From: Macrostomum lignano
Taxonomy: Eukaryota
Assembly: GCA_002269645.1 (NCBI GenBank)
Contig: NIVC01002186.1
Location: 107,653 to 171,652 of the forward strand
DNA: 64,000 nt
Reading direction: 5' to 3'
Every line of letters starts with the position of its first letter. Position 1 is the stretch's first letter. The notes below the pieces were generated by a model. That model did no database searches. It was not told where the DNA came from and saw nothing but the letters and a program-made list of their open reading frames with translations. The position numbers and the translations under genes were made by a program. Shown one piece after another: positions 39,313-50,900 of the stretch.

Positions 39313-39669
39313 AAAGGCCAGTGAATAAAGAGAGAATCTGAATTGTGAATAGCTTTACCTAAATAAAGTGCCATCCCCAGCGATCGAAAAATGTTTTCGA
39401 TAAAGAATTTAAATGAGTAGAGAATTTTTATCAACTTTCACCAATAACCCAATTGCCCAATTTCGAATGGTTAATATCAATAATTCGTACTCAAAAATTG
39501 CTTAAATTTCATCTCTTTTTCATCAGAAACAAAAGGACTCTCCTTTGAATTCACCAAATCCACAAAAAAAGAATTTTTCTGCTCTGAAACCGTCTTACAA
39601 CCCTCGTAGTTTTATTTTATTAACGTGGGAATTTTATTTTCGGAGATTCGGTCGTTAACCACTAGGAGA

Positions 39670-42600
39670 CACACATGTCTTGAAGCCCTTTAAAGGGGAA
39701 AATAAAGTCAGCCTGAAATGACAATAATTTACACTCTCATCTGGACCTTAGCACAGCATATGTGCAATTTCAAAAAAATCTCCCGAGCTATCTCTGATTT
39801 ACAGCACTTTATTACCATATGACCTAATTACTATTAGTTTTCAATATGCGTGATGCGAAAAATGAGTGTCTACATGAGTTTGTGAAATTTGAAAAATATG
39901 ATCCTAAAACAAGTCAGAAACTTTTCATTATAATTCATAGGTATGCCATCACCTTACAAAGTCCAAAGTATAAAGTATAAATTGAAACATCAATGAATAA
40001 TTGTGACAAAATGTAACAAAAAACAGCATAAACACTCGTACAGTACAGTACAGAGAATGCTACATAAAAGTGGACAAAGAAGCAATGCGCAAAATTGTGC
40101 GTGAGTGATGCAAGGCATGGAGGGCATATTATTCTAGATATTTTTCTATCGCTTGCTTTTGAGTTGTAGCTATTATTCCCTCCTCATACGTAGCTACCAT
40201 CTCATTGGCTGTGAGCCTGTAAATTTGCTGCACAGCTCTCGTATTCATGCCATTTTGGCCCTTAGCATATCCTTCTATTAAATTCTGCTGAGTTTTCAAA
40301 GGAAGCTATTCCCTTTCCATGATGATGGGTAAGAACAAGGACTTCTGCGATATAAGTTTACCATAGAAAGAATTAAATTAAGGTTTCCACCAGCTACCTA
40401 ATGTATTCCTATCATTAATTCAATAATAAATAAAAGAAAAAATAACTTTAGGGTCCTATCGGGATAAGACAATAGCTAGCGATCATCTAGTCTTTTTTAG
40501 ATTTCATTTTCTAGTGAACTAACAATCTCTATGCATGCATTGCAAAGCTGGAATGGAATTTTGAAATGCGGACATTGTATTTCGGTGGGTTGAATGGGTA
40601 AGATAACACGCTTTTTGAAAGATTCCAATTATTTACTTCCTGTTTATGTTCTGTTTAATTTCGCTTTCCACTCTACAGGGTCTGACTAAGAACTATTTGT
40701 TCATCCCAATAAAGAAAAATGTATAATCCTAATTCGCAGTCTTGATTGATTTAGCTAGTTCACATTTTGTTTAAGCATGACGAGAGCAGTATGCAACAAC
40801 ACACTTGCGCAGTCGATCTGGATACGATGGATGATGAAAATCGATCCGAAAGTCTTGCCACATGCTGCTGAAATCGTGGTGTGCAGTCTCAACCACCTGC
40901 TCAGACCAGAAGCCAAGTCCCTTCTTAGGTTCTCCAGCTAGATTGGACATGTTCAAAAACTGGACAACGTGGTCAATAACAGCGTGGACTTTCGGGGTGA
41001 CGCGGATTCCAAGATCGATATAGGCTTGTTCGAATGCCCGGACTCGATTCTCAAAGTCTCCACACACACTCATACCAAAGCACGAGGCCTTCACATCGCG
41101 GAAGCAGCGTAGGGCGTGAGCTACAGGCATTGCCGAAAACACATTGTGCTGAGCCAGCATTCCAATCAAAATGTCGACGCCATTTAGAAGACACTCGCAG
41201 GCGTTCCCGGCAAAGTTCCCACCGTTCTGCAATGGTCGTCGAAGGCCAAGCTGCTGTAGCCAGTCATCGGTGCTTATCTGACAGTCTTCGAGTCCTCGCA
41301 GTTGAGTGTCCAGTTCTTCGAATAGTCGATTGGTCACGCCAAGCAAGAGATGCAGCCCCATTGGTGGAATGGCCTGGAGCACCATCGTGCTGTCTGGAAC
41401 TTCGAGCAGAGGAGGACGCACACAGTTTTTGAAAGCAGCAGCAGACACGTTGCGCGGCGCTTTTTCTTCTACAGTGCGCTGGTACTCAAATGCCTGTAAC
41501 CGAATACCGCCGATCGATCTCAACACGTTCGTGCGGTCTGGATTAGAAAAATCGATCCTGGCAGTCTCGCACCAAGGGCAGGGATGGGTGCTGCTGCAGC
41601 ACTGAATTCCCAGGATCGCATTCGAAATTTTCATATCAACTGCTGCACAGAATGAAAATCCTTGCAAATTAAGAAGATTCAGGATCTGCTGCAGATTATC
41701 GTAGGACTCGGAAACAGATTCGGCAATGGCAAGCAGGAGCAGTTTACGGACTCCTCCATCCTCAAAATGGAAACGGCATGCGCCTTCTGCGTACGTGCTG
41801 CGACTTCCGGTAGGTTGATCTTTTAAACCTTGAGCAGGCACAATGCTAACACAAAACTTTAAGAAGCCGCCTCCGCTGTCGATGCCAACTTTAATCAATG
41901 CGCCGTCATCTGCACTGACCTGACGACGTGCCATCACTCTGTCAATCAGAGCCAGAGGATCAGTGCAGAATACAATGCTGCGCATTTCCCTTTTTCCTTT
42001 GGCACAGTCCATCTCTAGGTTAGTCAACTCAAACAAATCATCTAGAGCAGAGTCGATGGCGCTCAGTTTGCTGCGCAAATTTGGCTCAATGCTTTTGCGT
42101 CCTTTCCATGCTCGAAAAAATTGAGCGGCCAACTTAGTTTGCCGACCGCTCAAACACAGCGTCTGCTGGAATCGGCTGAATTCCTCTGCTGGTACGGCGC
42201 AGCCACCTCTCATTGATGTAGAACTACCAGCCCGTTGCCCAACACACACTGTAAGATCACGACCTCTAGTTGCCAATTGAAATCTAGAGTTTGAGCCGGT
42301 GGAAGCAGCCTTAGCTTTAATCACGTCACTTGCGTGGATTTCGGCACCTCGACGGTCTAGCGACAACTTACTGAATAGATTTTCTCGTCGCTGTGTTTGC
42401 GTGCAGTAGTGAGGCAAACCTCTGCCAACCATTGAGTGGCAGCGCTGGCAGATGACAACAGGTTGTGCCGGTGGCAGACCATGATCTGGATCCGAACACG
42501 CGGGTCGTCCAAGCGAATGTGGCTCTGGTTTCCATGTTCCCAGTCCTTTCCCAATCGGGTTGAACCGGGCAGTCTCACATATTTTGCAAGCACAACTGCT

Positions 42601-43485
42601 GGACTGTCGCGTAATCTTTGTTGGGCTCACCTTTACGACCTCAGAGGAGTTCGGCAAAACATTCGGCGCTTTTATGCCCTTGTCGACGTCAGCCAGAAGC
42701 TTGTTGCATCGGGCACAGAGTGCTGCAGGTAGCTGCTCATCATTCGCATTGTAGTTGGGCAAAAAGTGTGCCTGAATGCGTTTCAGCGAGGCATTACCTA
42801 TTCGTTGCATTGATGAGCCCTTTTTGTAGCACAACAAGCAGATCTTGAGGCGATTTTCTTCATGTGATAGTGCATGCGTTGCATGGCTCATTTCTTTATA
42901 CATGTATGGCAAGGTGAGTAGAAATATTGAAAGTAGGCTTGAAGCTCACTATGGACTGCAAGTCAAGTCACTAACAAATACAGGTTGAGCTTGGTTTGTG
43001 AAAAGAAATCGTGCCTTGCAGAATTTATCATCAATTGATTTTATTATACAAGTAGGAAGCATACAACCAACATGCCTATAACAGTCTAGAGTCAAGTACA
43101 CTGGACAGAGCATACTCAAGCTCATGGGTCAGAGGGACCAAATTTGAGTACATTGGCAAGCCACACAACCCAAACCCCCGCTGAGCTACATGAAACTTTA
43201 TATTTATGTGTTGCATCATCTAAGTTGGTTTACTATAATTGAAATCGGCTATCACTGGTTTAACTTACATGTACCTTGATCTACGGTTCTACCCATATGT
43301 ACAATCAATGCAAATTATGCATTATCACAAGCTATGGAATGAAGTACTTGTAGAATGGAGATAGCTCGGTAGATTTTTTTAAAATTGCACGTATACCTTG
43401 CTACTAAGGTTCAGGTGAATGCATAAATCACTGTCATTTGAGGCTGACTTTATTTTCACCTTGAGAAGGCTTCAGGACATGTGTG
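39670..43485 (-). mobile_element. Complete 3816-bp DNA transposon of the Chapaev/Transib/RAG-related group
   Basis: Imperfect TIRs 39670-39794 and 43358-43485, both starting CACACATGTC (6 mismatches in the first 54 bp); exact 5-bp direct repeat GGAGA at 39665-39669 and 43486-43490; encloses the transposase ORF. Confidence 0.92.
40771..42903 (-). CDS. DDE transposase (~710 aa) with an N-terminal Chapa/RAG1-N-terminus-like zinc finger
   Basis: Numbered on the 713-aa track ORF; first ATG at 42903. HEENRLKICLLC (H-x7-C-x2-C)...DEQLPAALCARC...CACKICETAR; D345 in KVGIDSGGGFLK; D426 in AVDMK followed by HPCPWC; LHLLLG; GNFAGNAC; TPKVHAVIDH; E675 in WSEQVVETAH. No stops or frameshifts. Confidence 0.9.
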   Translation of the reverse strand: MYKEMSHATHALSHEENRLKICLLCYKKGSSMQRIGNASLKRIQAHFLPNYNANDEQLPAALCARCNKLLADVDKGIKAPNVLPNSSEVVKVSPTKITRQSSSCACKICETARFNPIGKGLGTWKPEPHSLGRPACSDPDHGLPPAQPVVICQRCHSMVGRGLPHYCTQTQRRENLFSKLSLDRRGAEIHASDVIKAKAASTGSNSRFQLATRGRDLTVCVGQRAGSSTSMRGGCAVPAEEFSRFQQTLCLSGRQTKLAAQFFRAWKGRKSIEPNLRSKLSAIDSALDDLFELTNLEMDCAKGKREMRSIVFCTDPLALIDRVMARRQVSADDGALIKVGIDSGGGFLKFCVSIVPAQGLKDQPTGSRSTYAEGACRFHFEDGGVRKLLLLAIAESVSESYDNLQQILNLLNLQGFSFCAAVDMKISNAILGIQCCSSTHPCPWCETARIDFSNPDRTNVLRSIGGIRLQAFEYQRTVEEKAPRNVSAAAFKNCVRPPLLEVPDSTMVLQAIPPMGLHLLLGVTNRLFEELDTQLRGLEDCQISTDDWLQQLGLRRPLQNGGNFAGNACECLLNGVDILIGMLAQHNVFSAMPVAHALRCFRDVKASCFGMSVCGDFENRVRAFEQAYIDLGIRVTPKVHAVIDHVVQFLNMSNLAGEPKKGLGFWSEQVVETAHHDFSSMWQDFRIDFHHPSYPDRLRKCVVAYCSRHA

Positions 43486-44039
43486 GGAGAATGTTGCTTT
43501 ACAGTACATATGCACATAGCATGCCTGTGGGGCATTGCAAGCTCTAGCAATAATATAGCTATAGGTTAATTTGTGTGCTTCTTTTGCTTGGACCAAAAAT
43601 GCAATAAGTCTTCTGTGAGTCATTTTGAGACTCTGCTCAAGCTCTATACGAGTAAGCAATGGTGGGGTCGTGTATCGTATGGGGTTTTTAAGTTTCCAAC
43701 TGTATTTCTGGTCCGCAACTAGTGGCTCTGGATACAATCGATATTATAAAACTGCGCTTCATTGCTTTCAAAGCATGCGAAAATTGGTCAATTCCGCCGA
43801 CGCCAAATTGAGTATACGGAAAAAGGGAGTTTGATCGTTAATATCTCTCTGTTGAGACAGAATTAGTATTGAGTTTTGTTCCATTCTCTGGCGACTTTGA
43901 TCACTAAAACAGGTGAGACAGCTCATTTTTGTACGATTCGGCAACGGTTCAATCTTAAAGCTAAGAAGCGTGACTCTATGTTTCATATTCATTGCGAGCA
44001 CTATGAGAAATCAAGCCAATAGGACAAAAGTCCAATACG

Positions 44040-45162
44040 TGACAGTCGCAACAATTGAGTCCTTATCAGTGACAATCCTTAAGAGTGACAGTCTTCCTCA
44101 ATGACAGTCCCTATCAGTGACATTCCTCATTAGTGACAGTCCTCATCAGTGACAGTATTCATCAGCCACAGTCCTTATCAGTGCCAGTCCTTATCAGTGA
44201 CAGTCCTTATCAGTGACAGTCCTTATCAGTGACATTCCTCATCAATGACAGTCCCTATCAGTGACATTCCTCATTAGTGACAGTCCTTATCAGTGACAGT
44301 CTTCATCAGTGACAGTCCTTATCAGTGACAGTCCTTATCAGTGACAGTCCTTTCAGTGACAGTTTTCTTCAGTGACAGTCTTCATCAGTGACAGTCTTCT
44401 TGAGTGACAGTCCTTATCAGTGACAGTCCTTATCAGTGACAGTCCTTATCAGTGACAGTCATTATCAGTGACAGTTTTTTATCTATGACAGTCCTTATCA
44501 ATGACAGCCATTATCAGTGTCCGAATCAGTGACCAACGAAATAATCCACGAGATAAACATCCAAACAGCACAGTGCAGAAATTGTGTGCACCTTCCGCCC
44601 ACTCGGCTCCCAGCAGGTCATGTCGGAGGTCACTCTTCGCTCTCAGGTGTTCGCCTCGTTGGAGGAGCCGCCGCCGCCCTACCGGCCGTTGCTGTCCCGC
44701 AGTCGCACTGTCGCCACAGCCAACGCTGAGTCGCAACAGCAGCAGCAACAGCAGCAGCAGCAGCTACCTCCGACAGAACAGCCGCAGCAGAATCTGCCAC
44801 AGCAGCCGCCGCCACCGCCCGCATCTGCAACGACGCCTCCGGCTGCGAATCCAGACGAGACTGCGCCGCCATTTCGCCGCTACAGATTCCAGCGGAAACA
44901 GTTCCCCGGCAGGCAGCGTTGAGAACTGGAAGGACTTTATAGGATAGCGCAATGTACTTAAATTCTTAATGATTATAGTCCTTATCAGTGACAGTCCTTA
45001 TCAGTGACAGTCCTTATCAGTGACAGTCCTTATCAGTGACAATCCTTATCAGTGACAGTCCTTATCAGTGACAGTCCTTATCAGTGACAGTCCTTATCAG
45101 TGACAGTCCTTATCAGTGACAGTCCTTATCAGTGACAGTCCTTATCAATGACAGTCCCTACC
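44040..45162. repeat. 16-bp minisatellite split by a GC-rich exon-like island (44520-44975)
   Basis: Unit CAGTCCTTATCAGTGA on both sides of the island. Confidence 0.92.
44617..44922 (+). CDS. Orphan terminal-exon-like segment, Q/P-rich with a PPPPY motif; parent gene unassigned
   Basis: Acceptor-like CCCAGCAG|GTC (or CTCTCAG|GTG); reads VMSEVTLRSQVFASLEEPPPPYRPLLSRSR..QQQQ..PPFRRYRFQRKQFPGRQR*; GC-rich within AT-rich DNA. Confidence 0.45.
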   Translation, partial: VMSEVTLRSQVFASLEEPPPPYRPLLSRSRTVATANAESQQQQQQQQQQLPPTEQPQQNLPQQPPPPPASATTPPAANPDETAPPFRRYRFQRKQFPGRQR

Positions 45163-47291
45163 AGACAGACACTGAGCAGCTCCCTGATACTCGCTATCTT
45201 TTGATTCCGCTTCTTAAAGTTTGATCTTCCCGAAGTTCCGGAAGCTGAACCAAATAGTTTAACAAAAAATAATCAGACGACACGGTAGATCCTTTAGATA
45301 TAAATTCCGACGGAGTAGACTCACATTTTTGCCTTGAATAGTTTTCAAATTTAAGGTTACTTTTTCTTGGAAATGATCAAAAACTTTTCAGAACTGTCGC
45401 TGAAATCAAAACTTACGATGCTAAATATATTCTAAAAAATCGATATATAGTATTTAATGCTACGTAAAGACATTTTAGCAATGTTAATGTTGCTACTTAA
45501 AGTAAAATATTTGTATTTGAAATTCAGCTGACTGCGAACTACGCCCAGAAGATAAAATGTCCTTATGGATGGCTTAGTACCCGCATGTGTATGAGCGTCT
45601 TAAGTCAAGCATTTTTGTTTCTGACTGCAAAACTAATCATAGATTACGACCTAGAAGGAGCTGCGATTTAAATTTTTTTTAAAAATAATAAAGGGAGTCA
45701 TAAATCTTCAACGAGGTCCAGAAAAAGCATAAGCAAATGATACATATTCACAGGAGCTAAACCCATTCATTGCTTTGCTTTTCTATCAATATTATCATAC
45801 GGTCGTATGTGCCTTCATTTTTTAAGAATTGTGCGTGCTTTTTCTCCACCAACTAATATAAAAATCCCCTAGCCTAAAGTCGATGGCAAAGGGCCAAAGA
45901 CCATAAGAATTTGATTTTCTCTCGTTTTTCATTTATTGTAGTAATCGTTTATCAATTTAGGCGTCATGTACGAGTATGTGTACGAGTGTACGAGTGTACG
46001 AGTATACTCATTCCACTCGTCATTCTCGCATAATATTTCTTTACCGGCATTATGAATGGGCTACGATGGGCGTGCAGTCATGACGCATGCACTAATTTTT
46101 TTCAATTTTTATTATTAAGATCGCCCACGCCACGCTCTTTCTCTCTTCAATTCTCTAAAACAGGTCTTGGCGATTCCACCACCCCCTGTACGTGCAAATT
46201 CCATCTTTGTACATCGTCCTTCCTAATTTCGGGGAGAGGCGGCGTCTTCGCGTTCTATTCCTGCCCAGCCAATCGGCGACCGGGTGGCCTTGAGCGTGCG
46301 TCAACACATGGTCCCACTAGAATAGTAGACAGTCTAAATGCAAAGGCGCCGAGTGAAAAGGGAGGGAAGGAATAAGGGGCAATATGCCAATTGAGGGGGT
46401 GGGGGGTCTCTGCCGCCTTCACGAGTGCGCACTTTCCTTCTCACCCCGCCTCCCCACCAAACGGTCTGGAATCGGGCGGGACTAGAAAACCCCTTCTAGA
46501 AAAGGCCCTCTCAATGAATGCCCTTAGTACAGCAGTTGAAAATCTCTAGCCATCTGTTGGAACTTAGAACTCGGAATAGAAACAAGTGTCTCAGATTCAG
46601 GTTCACGTTTTTAAGTTCGTTTCAGTTCGCAGTTCGGCCACCCTGCACGCCGTACTTGCACACGCCGCGTCAACCGTAAATTCTTCTGAATTTAATTCTT
46701 CACAGTGTTTGGCAGAGGAACAGTAATTTGCTGAATATTTGTATTGAGGCGACTGGCTACAAAACTATTCTTTTTTTAGAGGCTTGTTTTATAGAATAGC
46801 AAAATAATTAATAAATTTTACAACTTGCCTGGATTCAGTTAATAAGTGCACCTTAGCATCTGGTAAGCGCCATACGAAGTTATTGAAATATGAACTCTAA
46901 GTCTTCACAATTTAGGAATGGATAAATGTCCTGTTTGCTACTATTAAAATTTTCAGACAATTTTCAAGTTACGGATTAATTTTTCGCGAAACATCATTCT
47001 TGAAATATTCATTCATTATTAGCATCACTCATCTTATTCTTATTCAGGCGAATGAAGCAAATTTATACACCTATTATGCTTGATACATTCTTAAGACTCG
47101 TAACTTTCCCATTTTGATTTTGACCCAATGACCGCGCCCATTGTTTGTGTTGCTAGGCAAATATGCTTTTAACTTTTTAAGTAGCTAAGGCTAAGCTTAG
47201 TAAAGCATTCACGACTTACAAGTTGTGGCTGGCAGCAAAAAAGAAATTTAAAAGCAAGCTTCTTTGCAAATTGCAAGCAAGCACATGTGAG

Positions 47292-47470
47292 CAGGGGCGG
47301 ACCCAGGATTTTATCGAGGGGGGGGGGCAAGCCTCACGTCTGGTCAGGCCAGAGCTGCAATTAGGGTACCATGATACCAATACAGAATGATACCAATACA
47401 TCTGAGGATTTTTTTGGCAGAACTGAGGGGGGCCATGGCCCCCTTGCCCCCCCCCCTCGGTCCGCCCCTG
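47292..47470. mobile_element. hAT-type MITE (179 bp)
   Basis: TIRs CAGGGGCGGACC and GGTCCGCCCCTG; 8-bp flanks CATGTGAG and CGTGTGAG match 7/8 (TSD). Confidence 0.85.
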
Positions 47471-47903
47471 CGTGTGAGGAGTAATACGAGCCGAACTTCT
47501 AAAATACACCCCGAGCATTTATGCGGAGTCGCGGACTTGGCCTTCATCGCAAAAAAACGAATCAATCATTATGCACGCGTATAATATTATTATACATTTA
47601 GTAAGGCTTACATAAAATATAACATACATGTTAGCTATACTGCGCGGTGGGTTCCACATTGTATTTACTTCATATACTGGCTATATGTATACAAGTGTGC
47701 GCCGCACTTGACTTTATTTAAAGCATACATTCATAACTAATTTATTAACAGCAGCGGAGCTTATCAGTGAAGTAACGTTTCGCAATCATAAATCTTTCTC
47801 TTACTGTTTCTCTTTTTTAGTTCGATATCTGATGATGATTGATTGATGACCAAGCCAAGGTAATTTGAAGTGACCCACCGACCTTCACCAAAACGCGAGA
47901 CCA

Positions 47904-50900
47904 ATGTTTTGCATTAAGCCAGTCTTGCTGTACTATCTCTGCCTCGGCTGCTTGCTCTTGCCAATTGCCGACTGTCTGCTTCAAGTTGGTGCCGGTCTAG
48001 CTGACGTCACGGGACCGGTGTGTCAGGTTAATACGGTGAGTGCAGAGTATTCAAGCAATGAATGCAAAGGGTTGGGTAAGGATGTTGGTTATTTTATGAA
48101 TGGTTCTGGCGCATAAAAACCCGTAGACATGCTATTAGTTGCTGGCACATGGCCTGTTTCTATTTTTAGCATTTCTAGCGCCATATAATAGGAATAAGGT
48201 GGGGAAATTCACCTTTTACTTTAACAACGAGCTTGCTCCCAGTCCCAATTGACCAAGTGCAAGCAATCTGATTGAATCGGGATTATTGGGATATGCTGAA
48301 TTGAAGAAATATGAGGTGATGTGATCAATTCTTGCACTCTGTGGGTGGAGGTGGGTGCAACGAGCTCAATGTCACGCCATTCTTGAGCAAGAACTGCGTT
48401 TTTAAAGTACTTTTCGTATAGAAAAAATCTCAAGAAAAAGTGGCGATCTTTCTAATTAGCTTGTCTCAATGCTCAATAAATCCAGTTAGATACTATTGCA
48501 CAATTTTTTATAGTTGATGACGAAGCATTCACTTATGTTAAGAAAGGCATGGCTACTCTAGCTTTGTTTTAAAACTTAACTCGATAGAACTTTAATCCAT
48601 AAATATTTCGATCGATCCGCCTCAGATGGGCTACGCAAACGCGCACCTGTCGGGCCTGCACACCCGGCTATTTAGCAGAGCATTTGCATTTAAAGACTCA
48701 AATGGCCGCTATGCTGCTTACGCTGTTATTGACATAGCCATGATATCGCATCTGATCAAGTTTGTGGTAAGTTCTGCTTCGGATTGTAAATATAATCTGC
48801 ATATAAAGTTAATTTTATAATCCAGCGGCATTGACATAAATTTTCTCCTTTGATTGACAGGTGGGCAATCGCCTAGCAGCTGAGACTAACGGCCGCTACT
48901 CAGAGGCCAACGTGATGCTGTCGGCAACTCACACTCACGCTGGGCCAGGCGGCTATAATCAGGACCTGTTTCTGGTGCTTAACACTCCTGGCTTTGAGCG
49001 CAAACACTTTGATTATATCGTTGATGGTATTGTGCAGGTTAGTTAGTTATTCTTGAATCTTGAATCTGCTAATTTCATTTGAAATTTCTTTAAAGTTCGG
49101 CTTTATTTTTTTAATTGATCAGCTCCTTCCTTTGCCGTCATTTACCACCCCACCTCACGCCACGCCTTCATTCGCTGATTGGTTGTTTTATCCTTATCTT
49201 TTATTTCCTATCCCCCCCCAGTGCACGCGCCAACCACCTCACGCCACTCTCGGCTCTCCCTGTTTTTTGATTGGCTAACAAGTAAGTCTCTCCTGTTCTC
49301 TCTCCCTCCCACATCATTTCTCTTGTTCCCTTAATTCTGATTGGCTGTCAGTTGCATCTGCGTCTTTTCTCTCCTGTCAGCAAACATATGGCAGCCTTGG
49401 CGTCTCTTATTCTTCTTCTTGATTCCAGCTGGATTTGACTCGAGATATCAACCAAGCACTAGTCGTTACGTTCACACATTTGGATTGATTTATTTTCCAC
49501 GGATACGAGATACATATCCTGTTTAACACGCATGGTTTTTTTGGCGTATAGCGTGACTTGGCTTCTAAATCTAATTTACTTTTTCTCCCCCTCATTTCCT
49601 GTGCGGTGTGCGAACTCGCGTGTAAAGGCGCAGAGCTTTTTTCTTGCCAAGCGTAAAAATAGGGCCTTCAGTAGCAGGTGAACTTACTGTATGCAGCAAA
49701 TCACACTTCAGTATAGCCACCTGGGACTGGCAGGAAAAGGATCTGTGTTTTTTTTCACAGTGCATGCAGTTGTAGTAGTCAGTCAGTTTATCCTGTCTTA
49801 ATATTCCAATTCACCTGCACAGAGCATATTAACTGCCGATCAGAGAATGGCTCCGGCCAAGGTGTTCACAAATTCCGGGCAGCTGTACAATGCCAGCATC
49901 AATCGGCATCCACATCAGTACCTGCTCAATTCAAAGGCCGAGAGAGCGCAGTGAGTTTAGACTGGCACTTGCCTGTTAATTTGGACTATCGATCTTCGGT
50001 ACAAATACAGGCTCATCCGACCACTACCCAAACTTCTGTCTCCTTCAGCCAATCAAAATGCAGGCCCACCCGACCATTACCCCAGCAAGTGCCCCATCCA
50101 GCCAATCAAAATGCAAGCCCAAGCCCATCCGACCATTACCCTAAATCCTGCCTCTTGGCCAATCAAAATGCAGGCCCATCCGACCACTACCTCACCCCTG
50201 CCCCCTTCAACCAACCAAAATGCAGGCCCATCCGACCATTACCCCAACCCCTGCCCCCTCCAGCCAATAAAAATGCAGGCCCATCCGACCATTACTCCAA
50301 CCCCTGCCCCCTCCAGCCAATAAAAATGCAGGCCCATCCGACCATTACCCCAACCCCTGCCCCCTCCAGCCAATAAAAATGCAGGCCCATCCGACCATTA
50401 CTCCAACCCCTGCCCCCTCCAGCCAATAAAAATGCAGGCCCATCCGACCATTACTCCAACCCCTGCCCCCTCCAGCCAATAAAAATGCAGGCCCATCCGA
50501 CCATTACCCCAACCCCTGCCCCCTCCAGCCAATCAAAATGCAGGCCCATTCCACCATTGCACCAACCCCTGTCCCGTCCAACCGATCCAAATGCAGGCAA
50601 TTCATTGCTCTATTAATCCGCCCATCCGCAGATACGCCGACAACATTGATCGGGAGATGTTCCTGCTTAGATTTGATAACGCCGAGACTGGTCGGCCGAT
50701 TGGTTCCGTGGCCTGGTTCCCTGTGCACGGCACCTCGTTAAACATGAGCAATCGCTACGTGAGCGGCGATAACAAAGGCGTTGCCAGTCTGTTAATGGAG
50801 AGCCACTTTGGCGACGGCTACGTGGCCGCGTTTCGCAGGCCCATTCGGGCGACGTGACGCCGAACACGAGGGGCGCCTTCAACGCTAAGAATGGGAGCAA

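Noticed and set aside
39795-40770. RAG2-like gene convergent with the transposase
   Set aside because: No plus-strand ORF or kelch-like motif in this AT-rich ~1 kb.
46280-46650. Possible hAT/Tip100-like end (reverse complement CAGGGTGGCCGAACTG at ~46631-46646)
   Set aside because: No convincing partner TIR or TSD found.
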